Shown one piece after another: positions 51,146-63,658 of a stretch of 64,000 nucleotides of DNA. Each line of letters opens with the position of its first letter. The stretch's first letter is position 1. The notes below the pieces were generated by a model. That model searched no databases, had not been told where the DNA came from, and worked only from the letters and a program-made list of their open reading frames with translations. Source of the DNA: Octopus sinensis (Eukaryota); NCBI RefSeq assembly GCF_006345805.1, contig NC_043002.1, positions 50,840,001-50,904,000 of the forward strand, read 5' to 3'. A program made the translations under genes and the position numbers.

Positions 51146-52074
51146 GCCTGTCTCCGCGTCTACAGACGGAATGAGACGATCAGACGCAACTGTTTGGGCG
51201 CTGGTGATTCGACACAGCTGTTTTGGCGATAGTAATTTTGGCGTTGAGATATGCATATGTGCAAGCAGAAATATACATAGAGTAAGAGAGAGAGAGGGGG
51301 AGAGAGAGAGAGGAAGAGAGAGAGAGAGAGAGGAAGAGAGAGAGAGAGAGAGGGATGAGAGATAGAGAGAAAGGGCGATAGAGGGACGGAGAACAAGAGA
51401 AGCACTAAATCGAAACTTTAAAAGTCTGATGTCAAATAAATCAGCATCAAATCAGTAATGTCAAACAAGCGGCACCAAAACGGCAATACCAAAACATCTC
51501 ATACTTTCTACAGAATATAAACAATTGACAATTAATGTGTTCTAGATCAATAAAAAGTTGTTAGATAGATGTAGATAATATCAACGATAGCTTGCAGTAT
51601 AAGCAACCAATCGTTATTTACTCAAAATATAGCAAACTGTGACGTATGTTGCCGTCTACCAAACGGTTAAGTTGTTTGATACTAGACATAGATAAATTAG
51701 TGCAGTTCCGATTTATAAGATAGGAAGAGAAATTCTCAACAATAATACTGGTTCTCGAGGCAGAGAATACCAAAGAATTTAGAAAAATATGGCTGACACG
51801 TTGATTAATATGAAAGATGTTCAAGAAATTCAAGTAAAGGACAATATTGGTTTGCACCAGGTACTGATGGTATTCAAACGCAGCGGAGAAAATTAAACTG
51901 TCGGATGTAGAATCAAGGTCGTGGATGAAATTGATAAAAATGGAAAGCAGATCAGCTATGCGCAAGCTATGATGGTAAAGGAAACGCATCATGTAATTGT
52001 CTGCTATATACAATGCTTGCTTCAAATGATTATATTAAAATATATAATAATACATTGGTAAATTAGTTAAGCTC

Positions 52075-52430
52075 CTCGCTCCGTATGGGACATAGGCTCT
52101 CGATGACTTTTCTCAACTGTTCTCGACACTGAGTTATCTTTTCTGCTTCTTTCCAATTAGAGTTGCAGTTTAATTCTGGATTTTGCTGCCCCGGGTCATA
52201 TGTTTCCCTGAAAAGAGGTTTTTCTTTTCCAGGTCTTTTTGGTTTTGAATTGTCATCTGTGCTTCTGTAACATTGTATTCTTTATTTCAAGGTACGCAAC
52301 AAACACGTTTTATTATCTCTGAGAAGTGATCCATATTTGTCAGATCGCTATCCTTAGACCTGTCGGTATGGGAGGCCTTATCACGATCTTCCGTTCTCTG
52401 GGTCATTTAGGCACACAAACCACAACACTC
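52075..52430 (-). mobile_element. Second RTE-type relic, apparently 5' UTR joined to the 3' end
   Basis: Minus-strand C-terminus SNWKEAEKITQCREQLRKVIESLCPIRSEELN (RTE-like W.E....Q.R..WR.....LC). 52340-52430 resembles recalled RTE 5' UTRs (tttgtgtgcctaaatgacccagag...ctcccataccgacaggtctaagg). Confidence 0.5.
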
Positions 52431-53196
52431 CAACAAAAACTGGTCCTTGTGGTGGACAGTGAGACATTGAAGATCTTAAAGTTTTCTTGAGTAAACAAGG
52501 GCTGGTTGAAAAAGGAAACAACTTGAGAATACTATAAGACGAGATATAATAGAGAGAGATCACAAAATGGGTAACAAAAATGGAGGGGCATAGAGGAAAG
52601 AGTCACAAAAATGAATAAAACAAAAATCTATTTTTCTTCTTTAGAGAGAGGCCGACAAATACAAAGCACAGCTGCAACGGAAACATTGACAAACAACAAA
52701 AGCGTTAAAATAATTAACACTGAATTAAAAACAGGATTTTAAAACATCTTAAAATTCCACATAGAACTATTCACTGGAATATACTAACCATGTCCAGTGT
52801 TCAGTAAGACTCGACAAGTAGATAAAGGGTGAGGTGGGAACCATTATCCTAATTGAAAAGTTTTGAACTCAAGTTGGAACCGAATGAGTATAGTAACTAC
52901 AAAATCAAAGGCATACCTCAAGAATCTATAAAAAACATAAAGGTGTAAAATACAAGCCAGAAAAAAAGCTGGATAAAGTGTTGAGATTGAGAAGAAATAG
53001 TCACTGACATTGATTTCAGTTATCCAAATTTAGTCAAAACAGAAAAGAGAAACATATATGACATACTTGGATGACGCTAACACAAAACGTAGTAGTAGTA
53101 TTAGTAGTAGTATCAGGAGCAGCAGTAGCAGAAGCAGCTGAAGTAGTAGTAGCAGTAGCAGTAACAGCAGCAGCAACAGCAGTCATAATAGTAGTT

Positions 53197-53243
<47 letters not shown>

Positions 53244-53949
53244 TCTCACAACTGATACAGGATTGTTTAATGATGGCATCTTAAAGAAACGAAACTATAC
53301 AGTTACAATCGGATCCAGTTAGAAATTTTGTGCAAATGAATATTTAAAAAAAAAAAAACAATTTGCATACTGTATTTCAAGTACAGAGAAATTTCAGTTG
53401 TATTTTTAACACTTGAATTGAAAATGTAACAGAAAGTAGGTGACCAGATATTGTCGTTCTGGGATTAAAAAGAAATTAGATACACCATAGCTAAAGCTCA
53501 TTTGAATTGCAATATTTGGATATAATACTAATATTTTATAAGAATAAAAGCTGAATGTGTATCATGATACAGTGTGTAAGATGGTATAATAAGTAGATAT
53601 ATCTACAGAAGCTGCTTCAAATGAGATTTAAAATAAGAAAAGTGAGAAATGCTGTAGTAAATAGGATATTAAATAAGATATAGGGAGAGAAACCGATATT
53701 ACCCTATAACTGGAGTATAACTCAATATTAACTACAAGTTATAATAATAGAAACTGTAACAAAAGACTCAGTGTTTGCCAAATTGTTATTATTTCGAAAC
53801 AAGCCCAAACTGATCTACTATCGAAGACATACTAGTCACGATTATCGCATGAATTTTTGTAATTCTAAGACTATATTACCAAACGTTTGCTTTATTCCTT
53901 TCTATAAAATCGTAGGATACTATTTAAGATTACTCATGGGTGTTACTTC

Positions 53950-54138
53950 TAAGATTCAAGCGAACAAATAGATGGCTTTTTGGTTGACTAATCGTTCAAT
54001 TTCTTTAACCAACAAGGATGTTAAAACTAAAACAGAATAGGCTGACACGAAAGCATTTGCTAGCGCTCAAACATCTACCGTACGAAGTGAGATTAAGTCC
54101 CCTTGCTTTGACATCAGTAATAGTATACAGAGAGCGTT
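53950..54138 (+). pseudogene. CR1-like LINE C-terminal relic, interrupted by a SINE
   Basis: LKHLPYEVRLSPLALTSVIVYRER resembles the CR1 motif L..L.YEERL..L.L.SL..RR.RG. Confidence 0.5.
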
Positions 54139-54518
54139 TTCGAGGCGCAATGGTCCAGTGGTTATGGCAGCAGACTTGCGGTCGTAGGATCGCGGTTTCA
54201 ATTCCCAGACCGGGCGTTGTGAGTGTTTATTGAGCGAAAACACCTAAAGTCCCTTGAGGCTCCGGCAGGGTGTGGTGGTGAACCCTGCTGTACTCTTTCA
54301 TCACAACCTCCTGTCTCTCTTTCTTCTTGTTTCTCTTGTACCTGTATTTCAAAGGGCCAGCCTTGTCATACTCTGTGTCACGCTGAATCTCCCCGTGAAC
54401 TACGTTAAGGGTATAGGTGTCTGTGGAGTGCTCAGCCACATGCACGTTCATTTCACGAGCAGGCTGTTCTGTTGATCAGATCAACTTGAACCCTCGTCGT
54501 CGTAAGCGACGGAATGCC
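54139..54518 (+). mobile_element. Full-length tRNA SINE with alternative body and 12-bp TSD
   Basis: TSD acagagagcgtt at 54127-54138 and 54519-54530. The head is shared with the 42868 family but the 3' body differs (aaagggccagccttgtc...gacggaatgcc). Confidence 0.9.
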
Positions 54519-54654
54519 ACAGAGAGCGTTGATAGGATACTATATGTCACGATTGATTTGATATCTTGGGATTCAGCAAGTTAAAATATACATGTCTGTA
54601 GTTAAACATCAAAATATTCTTAAATTAACATGAAATATATATCTTTTACATTTT

Positions 54655-54713
54655 ATCAATTTATTTGTTTCAGTAATTAGACTGCGCACGCACACACACA
54701 CATACACACACAC

Positions 54714-54760
<47 letters not shown>

Positions 54761-54930
54761 CACACACATACACGACGAGCTTCTTTCAGTTTCATCTTCC
54801 AAATCCTCTCACAAGGCTTTTGTCAGCCTGAGGCTATAGTAGAAAAAACTTGGCCAAGGTTTCATGCAGTAGGACTGAAACCGGAACCATGTGGTCAAGA
54901 AAGAAGCTTCTTATCACACGGCCACGCCTA
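54655..54930 (-). mobile_element. CORE-like SINE with deleted middle and (AC)n tract
   Basis: gagcttctttcagtttc...ggaaccatgtggtc...cttatcacacggccacgcc. Confidence 0.75.
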
Positions 54931-55024
54931 TGAACGTATAAATCATAAAACTCTACATGGACGGGTGGTGAGGAAATTCAGTTTGCAGTCGTAAGCTGCC
55001 TAGTTACCTCCGACGGCAGGACAC

Positions 55025-55739
55025 AATTTTTTTCCCACGAGAGTTCCGGACCCCAGTAATGAACACATTTGCATACAGCCAATCAGACCTCACCTTGATC
55101 TTGCTGTCAAGATCTTGGTGTGTAACCAACAGCAGCATCCAGGAGAAAGATGGTTGATCGTGGCAGAAACCGGATTGGTACTGGCAGACTGTTGAAGGAT
55201 TGTTTGAAACGTGTGAAAGGAAAGGTGATGTTCAGCTCTCAGATTATGTCTAGACGCAAAGCCCAACGTAACATATGTGAATATGTTAAAAACAACCAAT
55301 CTCTTGGTAAAACACACTCTGTCAAGTAAACTCAAGACGAAAAACGGTGTTGTAAGTCGACTGATCACCAAGTTATGCCTGATTTTAGGAGACAAGTAAT
55401 TAGATTTGCATCTATACCTATTATCGGATTTGGTTATGGTTCCATATAGTAAAAATGTAGATAGTAAAAATGTAGGTAGAGGGTGATGTGCTAGCAACCC
55501 TCTCCCCATACTGTTTACAAAGTAAACAACACAAATAACTACGTAGAGACAGCCATGGTCGAAACAAGAACAGCAAGCGAAAGGAGAAAAGAAGCATGGT
55601 CATTCCTTACCCAAGTGAGCTTATCTTATTGCCGAATCACTTGTTAATCGCACATAAATTAGTTTGATAGTTGAGCCCTGATTAGCAGTATGCAAATGAG
55701 TTCATAACTGGGGTCCGGAACTCACGTGTGAAAAAAATT
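55025..55739. mobile_element. Unclassified element bounded by 68-bp inverted repeats
   Basis: 55025-55092 vs 55672-55739, 8 mismatches by eye, each arm with an octamer ATTTGCAT. No TSD identified. Confidence 0.65.
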
Positions 55740-55919
55740 TCGTCGGCGGGAGGCCTAAACTAATATCTTTTATCATTGAATCGGATCGACTTTGAGTCCA
55801 TGAAATCTTTCTGGTAACTCATCAAATTGATGGTAGTGGTAATTCCAAAGACTTGCCCTGTCAGACAGTATGACCCTTTCTCTTAGGAATGTCTATATGG
55901 GTATACTTATCCGTGCTGC

Positions 55920-56112
55920 TGCTGAGATCCCCTTCGGTCATGACTGACCATGGGATTGGACGTAGAAAGTTACCATCCCAGGCACAAGTCCGGGCAAGGT
56001 TGTTTATGGAAGACCAGCAGCCCACCATGCATGCCGGCCTCCCCTCTACACGCTACCAGTGTTATCCAAAGGAAAGGCAAAGGCCGATACAGCTTGGCAC
56101 ATGTGACGTCGC
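55920..56112 (-). mobile_element. SINE 3' part with RTE-related tail, truncated by the adjacent PLE fragment
   Basis: ctgagatccccttcggtcatgactgaccatgggatt...cccaggcacaagtccgggcaaggttgtttatggaagaccagcag, a recalled octopus repeat. Confidence 0.6.
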
Positions 56113-56129
56113 ATAAAATATATATGCAT

Positions 56130-56823
56130 ATATATATAGACGTTTTTACTTAGTATTTTTACAATTTTTTAGGTTTTTGGTGGGGCATATGTATATTCCT
56201 TTTTTGTGTATGCGTGTGTGTGTATGCGTATATAAATATGTGCGGGTATGTACATATATGGGCGTGTGTGTATATGAGTGCATAAGGGCATGTCCGTATA
56301 TGAACATGGTTTTTACGCTTTGTATACTTCCTTATGTTTTTTCTGTATTGTTGTTTTTTTCTGTATTGTTACCTTTAACCATGTTTTTTCTTGTGCTTGT
56401 GCGTATATAGACGCATGTATGAACGATTACGGTACGCGCGCGTGTGTGTGTATGAGTTTGTATGTACATGCGTATACATTTGGCGAAAAATGCGAGTGAA
56501 GATGTGTACGTTTTCATAGTGACGTATAAGTACGCACGTGGGTCCGCGAGCGTATGAGTAGCAATGTTTACGTGTTTACTATGAACTTTTAATCTTAATT
56601 TATATAAGTAGCGGAATTATAACACAGTAATTTCCCTTTATATAACGGTATTTTTTCATAGCGTTTTCCAGATGGCCAGATAACCGAAGAGATGGTGTTG
56701 TGGATTTCCACTTCGGCATCTGAAACTCAGAGTTTTATCTTGACTATTGAATAATGGTTACATATTAATTTACAGATAAATTGAGGTCTGTTTCTTTCTT
56801 TTGTTATCTTTTGTTTTACCAAG

Positions 56824-56825
<2 letters not shown>
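56130..56825 (+). mobile_element. Longer, uninverted copy of the PLE-like repeat that forms the 22-kb palindrome
   Basis: Colinear with 22351-22735 and contains the hammerhead-like motif at 56679-56739. Confidence 0.85.
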
Positions 56826-56884
<59 letters not shown>

Positions 56885-59164
56885 TATATATATATACATA
56901 TGAATGGATGTGTGCATTGGACTATAAGATTCAGAATAGAAATGTAACTGCCATTTTTTGATTTTTTACACGTCCAACTATGAACTTGAAATACTGAAAT
57001 TTAGAAAATTTTGTCGGTATAAAGAAAATGTCAGAAATGTCTGACATAAAGACTAGGCGATATACATATATTCATACATACATACATACATACATACATA
57101 CATACATACATACATACATACATACATACACAAACACGCACACACGCGTGCACACATACACATACACATACACCTAAATTCAAATTGAGCGAGTGGTGCA
57201 GGTAAAATCCAGGCTATTTGCATATATAGTAACCCTAGTTGCTAACCGTGAAATATAAGAATTTTTTCGGCTTATCGAACTTTGATATGGGGAAAACGTA
57301 CAACCTTTTACACCACGGAATTAGTATTATTCCTGAAAGTTGATCTTTTTTTACATTCTACTGACTGTTCGAAGCTTACTAACTTTCTAATCTGGATCCT
57401 TAGATTTTATATTTACATGTCTATACATTTACATATCTATACACACACATACATTTATATATACATGCATATACATATACTCATACAGATATTTATTCAC
57501 ATACATTTATGTATGAGTATGTACACATGTGTGTAAGAGAGCGATGTAGAATGTGAACGAAAAAGGGATGTGAAGATAAAGAGATATAAAGGTAGGAAGA
57601 CAGAGACAGGGTGATAGTAATAACGACGACGACGACGATGGTGACGGTGGTGATAATGATGTGGAGGATGATGATCCCCATGACAACGACGACAAGAACG
57701 ATCCCAACAACAGCAAGAACTACGACACCATTTATAATAATAATTACATAGTTCAGTTTTTTTCTCTTTCCTAAATTAAAATTAATATTTTAATTACAAT
57801 GTCATATTAAGCGAGTGTCCACTTTACCTTCCTTCTTCTAATCACCTCCCTTGATTTTTTTTTTTTTTGCAAATTTATTTTTATTTTATATTTTTATGTC
57901 AAATTTTGAAATCTTTTGTAAATTTGCCGTTTTTATTTTGTTTTTTTTTTCTCTCTTTCGAAGTTATTCACATTTCACATTTTCACAAAAAGCAGAGAAA
58001 ATAGGAAGAAAAACATGAAGACAATAAAAGGTGTGACTTTGACGGAGCCTGGTCAACACAAATTTAGTTATTTTCTAATCTATTATGTTCCGTTTTTGAT
58101 TAGTACATTCTGCTGTCTTTGTGTTATTGGAGACGCTTTTATTGTTGTTGTTGCTGTTGGTGTTGTTGTTATTGTTGTTGTTGTCACTGTTGTTTTTGTT
58201 ATTGCTAAAGTCGCCGATATTATTCTAATTTCACTTCTCTTATTACTTATTGCATCTTCATTTATAATCCTGTCTTTCTTTCCTTTGTTTTCTTACTTTT
58301 TCTTTTTTTTTTAATTATAATTACTGGGTTTAATGAGAGCAAGAAATTGATTCTCTTAGTCAGAAAACTTAGAATTTCTCTTTCAGCTAAAAGAGAATGT
58401 GAATATATGGCGTTCATGCCGCAGAAATGTTTTAAGTTTTCGCGCCACCTCCTCTCAGGTTTACCCCCACTAATCCGCCTTTCCTCATCTCCTGAGAAAC
58501 ATTGTATTCACTTCCTCTCCTTCACAGAATGTTATCCATTTGTAAAATCTCCCCCTCTCTCTCTTTGTCTTTCTCTTTTCTTCTCTTTCTCCCTCTCTTG
58601 CTTTCTCTTCCTCTCTCTTTCTTTTCCTTTCTCCCTTCGTTTCTCTCTCTGTCTCTCTACTTCTCTCTCTTTCCCTTCCTCTCTCTCTCTTTGTCTTTCT
58701 CTCTTCCTCTCCCTCTCCCTCTCTCTCTACCATTCTGTCTCTCAGCACTGATTACACTGAAGGCCGAAATAGAAGCGTTTACATCGCAGTTTCATTATGC
58801 AGACGAATCAAAAATGAAAGATCCATTCGTAATATCCTGCTTCCTGCTTATGTCTTTACTCCAAACGCAGACTTGCAGTTATTCCAGAAACACTTAAGCA
58901 ACAACCACTCTGAGTGCCTGCTAAGCCCATGGATGCAGAGGCATCCTTTAGAACAGACCGTTAAAAATGAACTCGTTCCTCTCCTTTTCCTCTTACTTCT
59001 CAACTACGATTATGTTTGCATTTTTGAACTATCGGCATGCTTACATTCTCTGTCCAAGTAGTGGTTTTCATTCCTTTGCAATTGTTTAAAGATTGTAAAT
59101 ACACTAAAAACTATAACACAAAAGCAGGAAATTTTAGCAAATATGCGTTATTAAATATCTTTGA

Positions 59165-59548
59165 ACGAGCAAAACGCTCCCCGTCCAATGGACGGTGCTG
59201 AGTTGTCAAACATTTAAATCAAATTTTCTCAAATCAGCTTGTCCGACCGTCCCATAGGCCTCCCCTTTGAGAAAGACTGATTTAACCTAAATTTGAGATA
59301 CCAGCAAAAGAAGAAATAAAGATAGACTGTTTTCTATTCCAAGAAAAACGATTTTACAAATGCACGTTCCCACGGCTTTATCGATCGCATTCTCACCGGA
59401 ATCGATTTTTGTAATTTTTTGAAGACTTATACACGCCCTGATACCGTCGGTATCTACATATCAAATTTGAGCGCAATCGGATGAAGGATACCCGAGATCC
59501 TAGAAGACACACACACACAGGCAGACAGAACGGATTTTATACAATAGA
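59165..59548 (-). mobile_element. Helitron/Helentron-type non-autonomous element
   Basis: Minus strand starts (a)tctattgtataaaatccgttctgtctgcc(tg)n...atccgattgcgctcaaatttg. Perfect hairpin CCGTCC-AAT-GGACGG at 59181-59195 near the far end. Confidence 0.6.
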
Positions 59549-60105
59549 TAAGTAATGAATGCCATATTTAATAATTTTCTTTTCTCTACAAATGTGAGGT
59601 TCAGGCTAGAGAAGTTTGTACTTCAGATTGGGATTTAATAATACATTTATCGATATCAGAGGCGTGAACGACAAAATCAAAATTTGGGATATTTCACAAA
59701 TACTTTTACGAAATACTCCAGAGAATTCTATCATACCAATTTTTTTAAGATATTTATATCCTACTACTTAAGAAGTTCGGCGGAATGGCAAAATGATAAT
59801 CAACAAGATATTCTGAGGTATTTAGTCATCTCTCTATTCGTTCTGAACTCAAGCTCCATCGGGGTTTACTCCGCTTCTCATCTTTCCTAGGTTGATAAAA
59901 TTAAATACTTATTAAGTACTATGTTGATTCCATCGGCTCTCTCTCTATATATATTTCCATCAGATTTGAGGCATTATATTTGAAATCATTCTAAGAGTGC
60001 ATTAAACTCAGTGAGCTATTAAATCCGAAGAGCGTCTGGCTATCTAGATTACAGCAACGAATTCTCTGGAAAAATGACTAAGTTGTGATATTTATACTTT
60101 TCATA

Positions 60106-60260
60106 GGAGTGGCCGTGTGGTAAGTAAGTTGCTTACGAACCACATGGTTCCAGGTTCAGTCCCACTGCGTGGCACCTTGGGCACGTGTCTTGTACTATGG
60201 CCTCGGGCCGACCTAAGCCTTGTGGGTGGATTTAGTAGACGGAAACTGAAAGAAGCCCAT

Positions 60261-60324
<64 letters not shown>

Positions 60325-60510
60325 TCCCCATCCTCAACATCGCTTGACAACCGATGCTGGTGTGTTTACGTTCCTGTAACTTAGCGGTTCGATAGAATAA
60401 GTACTAGGCTTACAAGGAATAAGTCATGGGGTCGATTTGCTGGATTAAAAGTGGTGCTCTAGCATGGCCGCAGTCAGATGACTGAAACAGGTAAAAGAAT
60501 AAAAGAATAA
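60106..60510 (+). mobile_element. Full-length CORE-like tRNA SINE with internal (AT)(GT) tract
   Basis: ggagtggccgtgtggtaag head, ggttcagtccc B-box-like motif, accttgggcacgtgtctt, tail ...gactgaaacaggtaaaagaataaaagaataa. Confidence 0.9.
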
Positions 60511-61344
60511 AACAATATTTAACGATGTACATTAGTAGGTTTATGGCTCTGTATTGCCATTGAACTTTTTTGTATAAAGTTGACATTTTTCGGGAAAAAG
60601 TATGAACACCAATAGCCATTATCACATCTACCAACACAGCCTAGTCTCAAGAAGTATCTTTAGAGTTATTATATGCTGCCAACTAGCAAAGGAAAGGAGC
60701 AGAAAACTAGACAAATAGATTTAAGATACACAATGATACTCATTGTCGAAAGTAATTTCTCTCTACTTTTGTTTTAAATCTTAGTTACAAAATACTGAGA
60801 TTATTCTAAAACTTTTTACAATCAGCAAAATTAGTTTTATTGACGTGACTGCTGTCCAACTGGAGGAATTTTGTAAGGCAATGTGTATAGAAAAACTTGT
60901 ATGAAAAGAGAATTAATATGTATTTGTGATTTGTCTTTTCCTAATTGATGAAATATCAATAGTGTAGTAGGTCGATTTAGTCGACCTTTCGTTTCCTTTC
61001 AAAAATTGCTTTCACTATAAAGTTATTAACTATAAAAATGTTTTGTTTTCTATGTAAGATGTTATCTGTTAATAAGGGCTTTCTGATCGATACCGTTCCA
61101 ACCCACCCTCTCTTAGGCGTAACTTTTCAAGAACAACATCATCCAGTGAGTCATTCTGTCATTCCATATTCTAAAGACAGTAGGATCTGATCTGAGGAAG
61201 AATCAGTTCTATTTTCTGGAAAATTTGAGGAAGAACGGCTTGTGATTTCTAGCTAGTTCGATGACGTTGTTCACTTGTAAAGGATCTGATTTCGGCTCTG
61301 GTGTTATAGTTGCTGTTGTTTAATGATATTTTAATATTTTTTCT

Positions 61345-61790
61345 TTCTTTTACTTGTTTCAGTCGTTTGACTGTGGCCATGCTGGGGCACCGCCTTGAAG
61401 GGCTTTGGCAGAACGAATAGATCCCAAGACTTGTTTTTATTTGTTAAAACGTCTGGTACTTATTATATCGATTACTTTTGCCGAACCGCTAAGTTAGGGA
61501 GATGTAGGCACACGAACACTGGTTGCCAAGCGGTGGGGGGGAGTTATGTGTGGTGGTGTGGGGGACATACACATACACAAAGACACACACACACATGAAT
61601 ATATATATATATATATATACATATATATACGACCGGTTTATTTCGGGTTGCGTCTACGAAATCCACTCACAAGTCTTTGGTCGAACCGAGGATATAGTAA
61701 AAGATACTTGCCCAAGGTGCCACGCAATAGGACTGAACCCAGAGCAGAGTTGTAGGGAAGCAAGCTTTTTACCACACAGCTACGCCCGCG
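61345..61790 (-). mobile_element. Full-length CORE-like tRNA SINE
   Basis: Reverse complement of the same head, body and tail, with an internal (AC)/(AT) tract at 61565-61628. Confidence 0.85.
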
Positions 61791-62566
61791 CTATGATGGT
61801 TAAATTTTGTTTTAAATGTTCTATTGTCACAATTGTTCCATTTCGCGCCCTTTACTTTGCTTTTTTTTATTTACATACATTGATCTAAAACCAAATTTTC
61901 CACAGATATATATGGGACTGTAAAATATGGCGAACTTAGATGGATGAAATGAAAATAGGCCTTCGCTGGGATTTGAAATCAGGTGGTAGAATGACTGTAT
62001 TAAACACTTTAAGTTACGTAGCTAGGCGTTCATCAAAGGCATCCTTGTTACAATCCATAGAAAGAATCGTTCCTGAAAGCCATTAATCCAACAATTTGTA
62101 GATCAATTTAACAATATATCCAGCCAGCCACCCTGCTAGCCAACAATCATTCTATCCAGCCATCCATCAAATCAATCGTTCATCGACCTAGACGTACATC
62201 AGAACATCCAATAAACAGACAGCAGATAAATCAACAATAAAAACACACATACGAACAGGAAGAGAGAGAGAGAGAGAGGGGGGAAGAGAGAGAGAGAGAA
62301 AGAGAGAGAGATTGAGAGAGAGAGAGAGAAATACATACACACATGGACATACACACACAAGGACATACATACTTCTGATTAAATTCAAAGCGCTCACCAT
62401 GCGTATGTGTGAGTGTGTGTGTTTGTGTGTGTGTGTGTGTGAATATGTACGCGCTCACATGTGCATGTGTGTATGTATATGCACATACATGTTTATATTC
62501 CTATGTATACACCCCTCACATATATATGTATATATAGGTAGGTGTATGTACATATGTATATATGTA

Positions 62567-62603
<37 letters not shown>

Positions 62604-62708
62604 AGAGAGAGAGAGAGAGAGAGAGATGTATATATGTTTGTGTGTGTTCGTATGTGTTTACAGATATTTCTTCTTATATGTACATACATAAATATGATAT
62701 ATATGATA

Positions 62709-62801
<93 letters not shown>

Positions 62802-63055
62802 CATATCATTTATATATATATGTATATATATACATATCCCTATAACACGAGCGCACACCATTGATTTTTACGAAGATTGTGGTCTCATTGAAGAATGCTC
62901 TCGTTGACCACTAATTACGGAGACGACAGATCAAATTTGTCACTACACTTTACGTTGGCTCTCATCTCATGTATGATCTTGGATCAGTTAATGAAGATTA
63001 ATTTAACGCTGCAAATGTAAGCATGATAATTAATGCTGATCAGTTATTGTTGTTG

Positions 63056-63157
<102 letters not shown>

Positions 63158-63365
63158 GTGGTGGTGTGGTGGTGTGGTGGTGGTGGTGGTTGTGGTGATG
63201 GTGGTGGTGGTGCATCGGTGTTTATTGTTATCATTTGGCATGTCTTGATAAACAGGATAATTTCAATGCAGAAAATCTTACGCCGCTGAGAAGATAGAGG
63301 CGTCTCTGTTGTGTAATACATATACATACATACATACATACATACATACATACATACATACATCA

Positions 63366-63583
63366 TAGGAGAGGGTGCTGTAAAATTCTTGGCCTTAAGG
63401 GTTTTACAATAGGCCTAGTTGGAGGCCTTAGATTTCCAGTTCTTTTATAGTGCTTACAAAAACTGAAGAACCGTTGGAATAAGTATGTGAATCTGAGAGA
63501 GGAATATGTTTAATAAAACCATGATTAACTGACCCTTCTGTATTTTCTTTTACCCAAAGCGAGGAACTTTTCAGAAACTCCAT
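63366..63583 (+). mobile_element. Mariner-derived MITE
   Basis: Imperfect TIRs agggtgctgtaaaattcttggcc / aaagcgaggaacttttcagaaactcc. Internal KLKNRWNKYVNLR.EYV resembles the mariner C-terminus. Confidence 0.65.
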
Positions 63584-63658
63584 GGGTTTTGCAGTAAATC
63601 ACTAAATCATCCATAACTTTTTTATTATCCTCACAAATTACACCAAAATCTCAGACAA

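Noticed and set aside
52643-52690. Strong acceptor (tttttcttctttag) then READKYKAQLQRKH*
   Set aside because: All three frames close quickly, with no donor and no recognisable protein.
58814-58897. MKDPFVISCFLLMSLLQTQTC signal-peptide-like start
   Set aside because: Stops after 27 codons with no credible donor.
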